Assembly (NCBI GenBank): GCA_048938105.1
Contig: JBHLMN010000015.1
Coordinates: 32,001 to 96,000 of the forward strand
Direction of reading: 5' to 3'
Origin: Promethearchaeota archaeon
GTDB taxonomy: Archaea > Asgardarchaeota > Heimdallarchaeia > Hodarchaeales > Hodarchaeaceae
Length of the DNA stretch: 64,000 bases
The notes beneath the pieces were generated by a model that had not been told where the DNA came from, searched no databases, and was given only the letters and a program-made list of their open reading frames with translations. This document shows, piece by piece, positions 38,051-47,537 of this stretch (positions are counted from its first letter, which is position 1; each line of letters begins with the position of its first letter). The translations under genes and the position numbers were made by a program.

Positions 38051-40495
38051 CTACAGTTTATCATAGTAATCTTCTGGTTTAGGTGGAAGTGGGTTATGAA
38101 ATCCTTTACGTTTTCTTGTTGCTAATACATATTGTCGTGCCAAACTTCCTCCTTCTTCTTCAGGTTTTGTTGGATCTCCTGGCACTTTTTGCCAGTGGTC
38201 AAAAACCATTTGACTGAACGCAAAACCTGATGTTTCGGAGCGGAGTTCCGTAGTAATGCCAAATGACTCAGTGACTGGTATCTCAGCAATGATGATGTTC
38301 AAAGGTGTTCCTTCTCGCTTCTGGGTGTCAATTACTCGTCCCCGTCGTTTAGTGAGGACTTTGTAAACATTACCAAGGTATTGCTCGGGAACTTGGACTT
38401 GGACTTTATAGATGGGTTCCAAGAGTATGGGTTCGGCCATTAGTGCTGCCCCAAAGCATGCCCTACGGGAAACTGGCATAATTTGACCTGCCCCTCGATG
38501 AACTGGATCTTCATGAAGCTTAACATCCTCCAACATAAACCTTATTCCATAAAATGGTTCGCCGCAAAGCGGTCCTTCTTTAGCTGCCCAGCGGAATCCT
38601 TGAACTATATAGTCTTTTACTTCACGCAAGTACTGAACCCCCTTTGTTGCATCGATATAAAAATTTGGATCATCTTCTTCAGGCCCCATTCCCCATACTT
38701 TTCTTCCAGCTTTAGCTTCCCACCCAGCTTCATCTCTAAGTATTTGAGCCATCTCTTTTCTATCCGTATATTGATGGATTTTACCTTCTTCAATTAACTT
38801 TATACTTGCGGCATCAAGTGGTCCAGCTCGAACCCAGAGACGATTATGCTTATTTGGAGATTTTGCTAGAGATTGTTGATATGATTCACTTTGGACTGAT
38901 TCTCGAAAAACAACGATAGGTTCACTCTGTGTTACCTCAATATGTTGAAGATCCTGTAGATCTTTAACTGCTATTTCTAAATGAAGTTCCCCTGTTCCTG
39001 AAAGGAGATATTCACCTGTTTCTTCATTGATTTTGGTTTTCAATGAAGGGTCAACTAGCTCCATTAGTTGCATCCCTTCTGCTAATTTTGGTAGTTCACT
39101 AGGGGATTTTGCTTCAATAGCAATAGTGACAACTGGTTCAACCGCATAGGAAAGTGCATGAAAAGGCATCGTCGTTTCAAGGCTAGTTATGGTACTACTT
39201 GCTGTAGCGCCACGTAATCCCTGTAATGCAACGATATTTCCAGCAGGAATAGTGTCAACTTTCTCTGTTTTCCCTCCCATAAGCATAGAAACCTGTTGGA
39301 TATTGGTGGTAAATCGCCTCTCTTTTCCACCTGGCTTATATCCTGGAAGTAAAGCTGTGATTTTTTGACCAGTGGTTACCGTCCCTGAAAAGATTCTTCC
39401 CATGGCAATAATTCGTTTAGCTTTTCCCGGAATCATTTTAGAAATAGCGATCATCACAGGTCCTTTTTCATCACATTCTAACATCCCCTTCCCTTCCTTT
39501 TTCTCATAATTTCCAGTCCAGAAACTCTTAAACCGATATTTTTGAGCCTCGATGGGTGATGGGCAAAATTGAACAACCATATCTAAAACAGCTTTTTCTA
39601 CTGGAAGCCATTTTTCTAATAGTGCTTTTGCTATTCTTTTCGGCGGTTCAAGCCATACATCTTCATCTAAACGTAATCCTAGTTGTTGGGCTACTTTTTT
39701 AAGGGAATCTAGATCATTATCTTCAGCTTTTTGATATATCTCATAAGTTGGCTTTAGAACCCCATTAACAAAGTTATTTTTCATCCAGAGGTTTTTAATT
39801 AGTTTATCAATTGGTTGTCCTGTTTTTTCATGCCAAATCTCCGCTAAAGCTGGAATTGTTAATCCAAATCTATGGATTGCCGAACCAAAAGCCACAGTGC
39901 CTTGTCGTGGATCTACACGCCAAATTTTCTTGTATTCTGGATGTGCATAGGTTTCGATAAGTATATTAAAGTCATTAATAATAGTCTTGAATTTTTCATA
40001 TGCATCATCAGGAGTCATCCGCATCTCAGTAATTAAGCGGTCTACTTTATTGATTATCAAAACAGGGCGAACTCGCTCAGCTAGAGCTTGTTGAGTAACA
40101 ACTTCAGTTTGAACCATAACTCCCTCAACAGCATCAACAAGAACGAGGGCTCCATCCACTACCCGTAATGCTGAAGTAACTTCTCCTGAAAAATCAACGT
40201 GTCCAGGGGTATCCTGAAGATTAATAAGATATGTTTTTTGGTTGAATTCATGAACTAGTGAAATTCCTGTGGTTTTAATCGTGATTCCGCGTTCTTGTTC
40301 GTCTTCCCGCGTGTCTGTAGCTCGGGCTTCACCTGCGACTTTTTCAGCTAGAAGCCCACAAGCTGCAAGGAGAGAATCAGTTAACGTGGACTTGCCATGA
40401 TCTATATGGGCGATCACACCTAAATTTCGAACTAGATCTCGATTATAAAGTAATTTCTGTGCTTCTTCAACAGTGAATTTTGGCATGTATTTCAC
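38051..40495 (-). CDS. fusA: Translation elongation factor 2
   Basis: AHIDHGKST, RGITI, DTPGH, NKVD, GTGELHLE, diphthamide loop HEDPVHRGAGQ. Confidence 0.97.
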   Translation of the reverse strand: MKYMPKFTVEEAQKLLYNRDLVRNLGVIAHIDHGKSTLTDSLLAACGLLAEKVAGEARATDTREDEQERGITIKTTGISLVHEFNQKTYLINLQDTPGHVDFSGEVTSALRVVDGALVLVDAVEGVMVQTEVVTQQALAERVRPVLIINKVDRLITEMRMTPDDAYEKFKTIINDFNILIETYAHPEYKKIWRVDPRQGTVAFGSAIHRFGLTIPALAEIWHEKTGQPIDKLIKNLWMKNNFVNGVLKPTYEIYQKAEDNDLDSLKKVAQQLGLRLDEDVWLEPPKRIAKALLEKWLPVEKAVLDMVVQFCPSPIEAQKYRFKSFWTGNYEKKEGKGMLECDEKGPVMIAISKMIPGKAKRIIAMGRIFSGTVTTGQKITALLPGYKPGGKERRFTTNIQQVSMLMGGKTEKVDTIPAGNIVALQGLRGATASSTITSLETTMPFHALSYAVEPVVTIAIEAKSPSELPKLAEGMQLMELVDPSLKTKINEETGEYLLSGTGELHLEIAVKDLQDLQHIEVTQSEPIVVFRESVQSESYQQSLAKSPNKHNRLWVRAGPLDAASIKLIEEGKIHQYTDRKEMAQILRDEAGWEAKAGRKVWGMGPEEDDPNFYIDATKGVQYLREVKDYIVQGFRWAAKEGPLCGEPFYGIRFMLEDVKLHEDPVHRGAGQIMPVSRRACFGAALMAEPILLEPIYKVQVQVPEQYLGNVYKVLTKRRGRVIDTQKREGTPLNIIIAEIPVTESFGITTELRSETSGFAFSQMVFDHWQKVPGDPTKPEEEGGSLARQYVLATRKRKGFHNPLPPKPEDYYDKL

Positions 40496-40671
40496 CTTTA
40501 TAAAAAAATCTCTGTTATTTGGATGTATCAGACAAATCTCAAGATAAATTTGGGAAGCTTTATCTAACGTCCATCATAGCGAAATGATTTTTACAGAGAT
40601 GACTTATTTTCTTTCAAGTGGCTATGATTGGGCGTTCTAGGAAGAAATTATCAACCTTTCCAAATTGACTT

Positions 40672-40989
40672 TTGCCTGTGTCAGTAAAAATAGGAATCAT
40701 TAAGAAAAACAAAAGAGATATCAAAAACCTTTTTTATTACGTTAATCGTGGGATATATGTCATGTCGATCGAAAAGGACAAGGTAAATATAATTCTTCGA
40801 GAATTTCAAGAGATTTTAAAGAAGTACCGTCCAAATACATCTGAATTACAATTAATCACTTCAAAAATTTCTCAAATGACAGCCAGAAACATTGAAAAAC
40901 AATTCAGATCTTCCAGTTCCCAGCGTTCCAAGAAAGCTCCCACTCCTAAGCCTCAGAAAAAAGTTTGGCATAAGATTAAAATAGATTAG
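40672..40989 (+). CDS. Small basic hypothetical protein
   Basis: ORF only. More likely start is MSIEK at 40762. Confidence 0.5.
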   Translation: MPVSVKIGIIKKNKRDIKNLFYYVNRGIYVMSIEKDKVNIILREFQEILKKYRPNTSELQLITSKISQMTARNIEKQFRSSSSQRSKKAPTPKPQKKVWHKIKID

Positions 40990-41094
40990 ACGGTAAAAAC
41001 ATTGATTTGATAAGATTTTTTTCAGAACATATAATTTTATTTTATGTATAAGATTGGGAGTTAATAGATTTTGTAGGCTGGTAGGCTGTGTATT

Positions 41095-41772
41095 ATGGCC
41101 AAAATTCGAATAAAATATATGTTACATTTATATGCTATCCCAATTTTGCTTACATTTTTTCATCTCTGTTATCGAATAAAAGTGTGGGGAAAAGAAAACG
41201 TTCCTGCTAAAGGATGGGACAATAAAGGAATTATTATAATGGCCAACCACAGGTCTCATTTAGATCCATTTTTAATCGGTTTGACTGCATTCCCACGTTA
41301 TTACAAGCCTTTTTTTTATCCTGCTGATGCCAAATTATGGAAACTCCCATTTTTCCGTCCAATCTTGCACGGTATGAATTGTTTTCCTGTTTTCAAAGGA
41401 TCTAAAAAATTGGATATCATAAAATATCACATTGCTGTAATTAAAAGCGGAGGATCAGTTTGTTATTTTCCTGAAGGAGCTCGGACCAAAGATGGAAGAT
41501 TACAGCCTGGTAAGTTAGGTGCAGGACTGATAGCTCATTCAACCCGAGCTTTGGTTATCCCCTGTGCTGTTCAGAATACAGACATTGCTATGCCTGTGGG
41601 AAAACCGTTCACATTGGGAGGTGGGCCTCGAAAAATCACATTAAAGGTAAAATTTGGTCCTCCCCTTGATTTGAAGAAATTCTATAAACTTCCTAGTTGT
41701 AAAGAGACATCTCAACAGATTAGCGACTATATCATGATGAAGATTGCAGAGTTATTGAAAACGAACCATTAA
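41095..41772 (+). CDS. PlsC-like lysophospholipid acyltransferase
   Basis: NHRSHLD (NHxxxxD), FPEGARTKDG, K.GAG.IA, VIPCAV. Confidence 0.9.
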   Translation: MAKIRIKYMLHLYAIPILLTFFHLCYRIKVWGKENVPAKGWDNKGIIIMANHRSHLDPFLIGLTAFPRYYKPFFYPADAKLWKLPFFRPILHGMNCFPVFKGSKKLDIIKYHIAVIKSGGSVCYFPEGARTKDGRLQPGKLGAGLIAHSTRALVIPCAVQNTDIAMPVGKPFTLGGGPRKITLKVKFGPPLDLKKFYKLPSCKETSQQISDYIMMKIAELLKTNH

Positions 41773-42320
41773 TTTATAACAAAAAAATCTTCAGAAAGGA
41801 TTTTTTGTTGTCTATCACAAAAAACAACAGAAAGGTTCCAATCCGAAGTAAATGTAACACCGCATAATATTATGTCAAAATTAAGCTTCTGACATTCGAC
41901 TAACATTTCTTCTTGGTTTGGAGAGAATGAGAACCGAAATGGTGCCCAAGAATTTGTAGATGTGCGAGATTTTACCTCAATAACAAATCCTTTAAGTTGA
42001 TTAAAATGGGTTTCATTTCTCAAATATCGATTTAATCCTTCTTCCTCATTGAAGAACTTGTATATTGTTTCTTTAGGTGTCAGTTGAAATTCTTCACGTT
42101 GAAAATATGGAGTAATTCCTAGAAAATCCATTGTTTTTTGGTTTTTTTGCAAAAAATCAATATTTCTTCCTTGAATTGATGTTGTTTCCAAATATCTTAG
42201 TGCTGCGGCCGGTCGTATGACTAGAATTGGAAATCGTTGAGAAAGAATATAACGAGCAAATTCTTCTGCAATCAAGCCTCTAAGAACTGTATTCTCTCCC
42301 TTTATTAGGTTATAAAACAT
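41769..42320 (-). CDS. Putative PD-(D/E)xK nuclease-fold protein
   Basis: GLIAEEFA helix, MDFLG, VIEVKSRT motif. Confidence 0.6.
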   Translation of the reverse strand: MFYNLIKGENTVLRGLIAEEFARYILSQRFPILVIRPAAALRYLETTSIQGRNIDFLQKNQKTMDFLGITPYFQREEFQLTPKETIYKFFNEEEGLNRYLRNETHFNQLKGFVIEVKSRTSTNSWAPFRFSFSPNQEEMLVECQKLNFDIILCGVTFTSDWNLSVVFCDRQQKILSEDFFVIN

Positions 42321-42551
42321 GAAATTACCTCAGTTTTCGATCCTTGGAATAGTAACCGTCCCTATAAGAATATTAACTTTGATGGCTCTGAAATTTCCAA
42401 AGCATATTGGACAGCATGAAATCTTAAAAACATTCACTCCCCCTTTTTGCAAATATTTCTTTTTTCTTTTATTCTTAATTAGCGGGCCATTCTTTTATTC
42501 TTTATATTCATTATTCCCTTGATTTGAGATGATTTAGCAGCTTCAAACTGA

Positions 42552-43343
42552 TTATTCCGTCTTATTCCTAAGAAGATATACAGTGCCATTAGAAATTTTT
42601 ACTTTATCAGAGTCTGGAATTTCCAATATCAATTGGCCATATGGAGAAATGTCAACTGCTCTCCCCTGATACTTACACTCTGGTCCCTGAACAATAATAT
42701 CCATTCCAAGGATATTATCCTTTTGTTTCCATTCATTACAGATGGGTTGGGCACCGTAAATATTTAAGGTTTCAAAAGAATTCTCAATTTGAAAAATGAT
42801 TCTCTGTAATAATAATTCTAGGTCAAGTTCGTATTTAATCTCTTCGTAGATGGTTGTAATATGATCTTGAAGTGCTGAAGAGTATTGACCTAATGTATTA
42901 TTAATATTTAGACCGATCCCAATGATTAAATAGTCTAAAAAATATTGTGAAACCTTACTTTCTGCTAGAATTCCTCCAATTTTCCTTAGATTGTGCCTAA
43001 TCAAAATATCATTAGGCCATTTTAACATAGTTTTGATGTTAAAGGTCTCTAAAGCATTCGAGATAGCTACAGCTGAGAGAATTGGAACTAGTCTTAATAG
43101 TGTTAAATCAATTTTAGGTTGAATGGCTATCGAACACCACAATCCTCCCTTTGGTGACTCCCAAACTCTCTCATTTTGTCCTTTACCAGCTGTCTGTGTT
43201 ACTGCGACAATCACAAATCCAATATCATTTTTGTTTTCAATAAGTTTCCTTGCTAGATAGTTGGTTGAACCTACTTCGTCATAACTGTAGATTTTTGGGC
43301 ATAATTTAGATTTTAGCATTATTTTTTTTGTAAAATCAGGCAT
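42552..43343 (-). CDS. birA: Biotin-protein ligase
   Basis: GSTN, QTAGKGQNERVWESP, LKWPNDIL, KIGGILAE, GIGLNIN. No N-terminal HTH. Confidence 0.93.
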   Translation of the reverse strand: MPDFTKKIMLKSKLCPKIYSYDEVGSTNYLARKLIENKNDIGFVIVAVTQTAGKGQNERVWESPKGGLWCSIAIQPKIDLTLLRLVPILSAVAISNALETFNIKTMLKWPNDILIRHNLRKIGGILAESKVSQYFLDYLIIGIGLNINNTLGQYSSALQDHITTIYEEIKYELDLELLLQRIIFQIENSFETLNIYGAQPICNEWKQKDNILGMDIIVQGPECKYQGRAVDISPYGQLILEIPDSDKVKISNGTVYLLRNKTE

Positions 43344-43651
43344 TATACATACCTATTCCAGGCCAAGATGTTCAAGATTAAATATATTGACTATGGATCT
43401 AAATTATTTACTTTTCGACACTTTCTTTATTCTGAAGGCTAATGATGATTCATCATAAAATACTATAGATTGGTAAGAATGGACATCTATGAATTTTTTA
43501 ATAATGAATCTATTCCTAAAAGAGCTAGTAAGAGTTTCCGTGATCAATCTGTAATAATTGGCTGAGATTAAATAAACAATAAACTGAAATTTCGGTATGA
43601 ATAATGGATGATTTCCTAGACCAAGTTTCGTGTTAATTATTTAAAAAAGAT

Positions 43652-44107
43652 TCATTTTATGAAAATAGTTTTGGCTTTATATACCATAACAGTAAATAAT
43701 CCGTCTAATGTCAATGCTAGCGCCATTGCAGAAAAATATCTCTGAGTTGGATCCAAATCAGCGAATTCTGGAGGGAAAAACGGTTCGAGGAGGAAAAAAA
43801 GGAAAAATCCAAAAATAAAAATAAAAATTAGAGAAAGAGAGGACGTAGTTACACTTTTTAGGTTGGGGACAGTTGTATCATCCCAATCCTCTGCTAGTGA
43901 ACAAGAAATTGTAGCTAGAATGATAGTTGTTCCTAGAGTGGTTCCAATCATGGCAATAGAATATTTTTCAATATCTAAATAGAGTAAAGCAAAAGTGAAA
44001 AATACAGGGGGTAATTGAGCTAAAAATCCCAAACCTAGGGCAACAGCAATCAAACCCAATCCCTCTAATCGTGACCAAGAGAATTGAACAACCGTTACCA
44101 TGGGCAA
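43652..44107 (-). CDS. Hypothetical membrane protein
   Basis: Four hydrophobic segments; overlaps or abuts the upstream gene in an operon-like way. Confidence 0.6.
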   Translation of the reverse strand: MPMVTVVQFSWSRLEGLGLIAVALGLGFLAQLPPVFFTFALLYLDIEKYSIAMIGTTLGTTIILATISCSLAEDWDDTTVPNLKSVTTSSLSLIFIFIFGFFLFFLLEPFFPPEFADLDPTQRYFSAMALALTLDGLFTVMVYKAKTIFIK

Positions 44108-44118
44108 TAACCTTGAAA

Positions 44119-44460
44119 TTATCTGCGTTTGAAAGTGATTTTGCTTTCTCGTTTTGTTTTGGTTAATTGTTGTAAGAGTTGTTTTAATTGAGTATCAGTA
44201 ATTTTGTCAGAGACCCTTCTTGTTTGAGCAAGTTGAATTAATTGGTTTTCTAATGTTATTGCGTAATCTGGTTTCGCTAACTTGATATTAGCAAGTCTTT
44301 CTCGGGCTTCATTGGTTAATATTCCTTTTAAAATTGCTTGACGCTGATTTTCAATTTGTCGTTGTTGCTCCTCCGCCTGTTGTTGTACCAGTTGTTCATT
44401 CTTTAGTTGCGCAAGGCGTCTTTTCCGAAGTGCTTCCAATTCAGGATCTTCTTCAGCCAT
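44119..44460 (-). CDS. PDCD5/TFAR19-family DNA-binding protein
   Basis: ELEALRKRRLAQL...ILTNEARERLANIKLAKP...IQLAQ...ITD..LK.LL; conserved position after rps19e. Confidence 0.93.
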   Translation of the reverse strand: MAEEDPELEALRKRRLAQLKNEQLVQQQAEEQQRQIENQRQAILKGILTNEARERLANIKLAKPDYAITLENQLIQLAQTRRVSDKITDTQLKQLLQQLTKTKRESKITFKRR

Positions 44461-44627
44461 TGATTTTTAGCCTCTTCTAGGGACTATTAAATTCTCCCAT
44501 TATCCACTTACTTCAGATTACAGCATTTCTTTTGGACATTTATTATTTTCTCTGATTGTGAATTATTAAGATTTTCTAACATCTTTATATTTTAAAGGAA
44601 ATCGAATTGATTAGCTTTATTCTCAAA

Positions 44628-45074
44628 CTAATATTTTGAAAGTTCAGGAAGTTGTTGTTTAACCTTATGAGCCATACTATCGACAAAACTTCGGCCAGCT
44701 GGAGTAACAATCCTTCCCTCTCCCGTAACTAATTTAACATACCCTCCTTTTTCTAACTGATGAATCGCATGTCGAATAATGGCACCAGATCCTCTAGCTG
44801 TCCTTTCTGGCTTACCTCCTCTATTCCGTCTTCCCCCATACATTTTTCTTATGTGCATCACTCCCACAGGCCCATTTAGGTAGATTTTTCTCAAAACTGA
44901 AGCAACACGGACAAACCACCAATCTTTTCTTTGTTCTGGTGCATTTTCTCGTGTAACACTGAGTTTAACGAAATCAGCCCATTTAGGTGGTTGAAAGATC
45001 TTATTATTCGACTTTAGTTCCTCGGAGATTGCTTCTATCAGCAATTCACTGGGAACCATTTGTGCAGTAACCAT
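44628..45074 (-). CDS. rps19e: Ribosomal protein eS19
   Basis: PKWADFVK, DWWFVRVASVLRKIY, YGGRRNRG, GSGAIIR. Confidence 0.96.
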   Translation of the reverse strand: MVTAQMVPSELLIEAISEELKSNNKIFQPPKWADFVKLSVTRENAPEQRKDWWFVRVASVLRKIYLNGPVGVMHIRKMYGGRRNRGGKPERTARGSGAIIRHAIHQLEKGGYVKLVTGEGRIVTPAGRSFVDSMAHKVKQQLPELSKY

Positions 45075-45323
45075 ATTTTTTTCTCCAACTGGTTTTCTTT
45101 GGATAGTTTTGATCTAATAAGTATATATTTGCCTTAATTCCTTTTTTAAATCAACTAGAGATGAATTCGTTGTTATTTTTAGTTGTTGTTATTTAGAGTT
45201 GTCTACAATTCTTACAAAGAAAAGACACAAAAGATAATATCTTTTTACCTCTTTTTTGAAAATTCAACCTCCAACTGGAGTATCTCGATCAATAAGATTT
45301 ATTAAAACGTCGAGGAAGATACT

Positions 45324-46511
45324 GTGTACGTAAGATCCAAAGATATTCTCCTTTACGCAATAATATGTATCATACTTAGTTTTAATAATGTACTTATAGT
45401 GGGAGCTAATGATTCAGCCATAGAAGATCCAATTATCGTCTTATTTGATGAAGGGCATGGGCAATTCTTCAATCACTCAATATATAATCAAGCAATTTCA
45501 GATTTAATTGTCAACAAATCAATGAGGGTGGTTTTTATTAGAGGAGAAATCAACAATACTAGTCTTGAAGGGGTTGATATATTCGTTTCTACAAATCCAC
45601 AAGAACATTATTTAGAAGCAGAACAACATTATATTAACAGGTTCATTACTCAAGGAAAGGCAATGATGCTGTTGACAAACCCATTGGATGAAGATAATAA
45701 AACTTTAAATGGTCGAGGAGACATCTTTAATGATCTTTTAGAATCTCTTGAGTTTGGATGGCAAATGGGAAAATTTTGGGCTCGTACTGCCTATGTTGAA
45801 GATTACATACCGACTGATGTCGTTTATAATGAATTTTCTAATGTGGGGATTTCTAAGTACTTACTCATCAAACTGAATAGTTCCGATCATAGAATTTTGT
45901 CAATTGGCAAAAATGTTACTTCTATTGTTACTTATTCAAGTTCTATAGAAGAAGCCGATACGGAAGTCGTTGTAGCTCCTCCCGAGGCCATTGCTAAGAC
46001 CACCTCAGGTGAAATTAGTTCTGGTTCTTCAGATATAGTGTTATTCGGAGCCTCTGGGGAAGAAATAGAAATTGATGCTCGAATTTTGCTGGGAGGGTCT
46101 AGTATCATGTTCAGTGATTTAACTCCGGAAGGAAAGCCTTTCGGAAATTCATCTTGGTATAACAGCGAAAACAATTCACTCCTTTGGTTAAATATTTTTG
46201 ATTGGTTAGCTGAAGCGGGTCCAGAGACTCCTTCTCCCTCAGTTATATCAGATCAAGACTTATTCCTTATAATAATGCTGTTAGTTACTGTAGCAATTAT
46301 CTTCTTACTAGGTGGAAGCTTATCTTTTTTAATTGGATCTGGACAAAAAATATTGATTGTGAAATCAGGAGAAGAAGTGGTAGCTGCACCAGAGCTCGGT
46401 GATAAAGCTATAGAACCAACATCTGTTCCAACTATGTCTTCTTCTAAGGAATCACGACGTGATAGAAGATTAAAACAAATCAAGAAACATCATCGTCGAA
46501 GGAAAAAATAG
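45324..46511 (+). CDS. Type I membrane protein with GIFT/DUF4350-like extracellular domain
   Basis: Signal peptide, IIVLFDEGHGQ, GSSIMFSD...N..LWLNIFDWL, single TM, basic cytoplasmic tail. Confidence 0.7.
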   Translation: MYVRSKDILLYAIICIILSFNNVLIVGANDSAIEDPIIVLFDEGHGQFFNHSIYNQAISDLIVNKSMRVVFIRGEINNTSLEGVDIFVSTNPQEHYLEAEQHYINRFITQGKAMMLLTNPLDEDNKTLNGRGDIFNDLLESLEFGWQMGKFWARTAYVEDYIPTDVVYNEFSNVGISKYLLIKLNSSDHRILSIGKNVTSIVTYSSSIEEADTEVVVAPPEAIAKTTSGEISSGSSDIVLFGASGEEIEIDARILLGGSSIMFSDLTPEGKPFGNSSWYNSENNSLLWLNIFDWLAEAGPETPSPSVISDQDLFLIIMLLVTVAIIFLLGGSLSFLIGSGQKILIVKSGEEVVAAPELGDKAIEPTSVPTMSSSKESRRDRRLKQIKKHHRRRKK

Positions 46512-46523
46512 GAGTAACACCTG

Positions 46524-46805
46524 TTGGGTCGAAAAAGAAAAAGAATAGTTCGAACCAAACCAATTCCAACACTACCAACTGTATTTGATTGCCCTATATG
46601 CGGAACTGGAAAGTCAGTTCACATTGAGGTTGATAGAAAAATTAGAACAGCGGTAATTCGATGTGGAAAGTGTAAAGTTCAAGCAGCTCGACCGATACGT
46701 CCTATTGAAGAACGTGTTGACGTATTTGGTGATTGGCTAGATGAGTTATTAATGGAACAGGATGACTCTAATGATTTTACTGACTCCGAAAATGCTGAAA
46801 AATAA
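46524..46805 (+). CDS. elf1: Transcription elongation factor Elf1
   Basis: MGRKRK...LPTVFDCPIC...CGKC...VDVFGDWLD plus acidic tail. Confidence 0.9.
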   Translation: MGRKRKRIVRTKPIPTLPTVFDCPICGTGKSVHIEVDRKIRTAVIRCGKCKVQAARPIRPIEERVDVFGDWLDELLMEQDDSNDFTDSENAEK

Positions 46806-46823
46806 GCAAGTACATAAGTTTTA

Positions 46824-47414
46824 ATGATGCCTTTAATCCATCTAATACCTATTTCGGGCAGACCAAATGCAGGTAAAACCTCCTTAGTAAATTATCTAAG
46901 TCAGGCAAGAAGGCCGGTTGGAAAACACGCTGGGACAACTCTACGAATAGCATCAGTTCCGCTAGTTAAGAATTTATTTCTAATAGATCTTCCAGGATTT
47001 GGAAGGATAGTAAAACGGTCTAAGGATTTTGAAGACCAAATTAAAGATGAAATAATCCTTTTTTTGGAGGATCCCTCAAATCAGCTACTGTTTGCTATCC
47101 ATATTATTGATATATCTACTTTCCATCACATGGTAGCAAGCTTAGAGAAAAAAAGTATCATCCCTTTAGATATTGAAATGATTCGATTTATGAGAGAAAG
47201 AACAAATCTCCCTCCAATAATAGTTCTAAACAAAATTGATAAAATAAGGAATACAATGGTAGATCAAAATTTAAGATTACTAAAGTCATACGATCTTCCT
47301 GAGTTTGAAATTTTCCTTTTATCACTAAAAACTAAGAAAGGATGCCGTACATTGCGAAATAGAGTTAAAAAATTGGTAGTTCAGGAACTGGGGTCAAGTT
47401 ACCAGCATTGGTAA
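46824..47414 (+). CDS. engB: EngB/YihA-family GTPase
   Basis: GRPNAGKTS, DLPGFG, IIPLDIEM, NKID. Confidence 0.85.
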   Translation: MMPLIHLIPISGRPNAGKTSLVNYLSQARRPVGKHAGTTLRIASVPLVKNLFLIDLPGFGRIVKRSKDFEDQIKDEIILFLEDPSNQLLFAIHIIDISTFHHMVASLEKKSIIPLDIEMIRFMRERTNLPPIIVLNKIDKIRNTMVDQNLRLLKSYDLPEFEIFLLSLKTKKGCRTLRNRVKKLVVQELGSSYQHW

Positions 47415-47537
47415 TAATTTTTATGAATATAAAAGAGAATTATATCAATCATTGGATGAAAATAATTGAAAATAATTTTTCAACATTAGGAAAGCTGATT
47501 TAAATTTATGTTGAGGTGAAATTCAATAATAAAATGA

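Noticed and set aside
40527-40577. Minus-strand ATGATGG...CTGA in the EF-2 leader
   Set aside because: No internal D'/C' boxes or terminal stem; likely chance.
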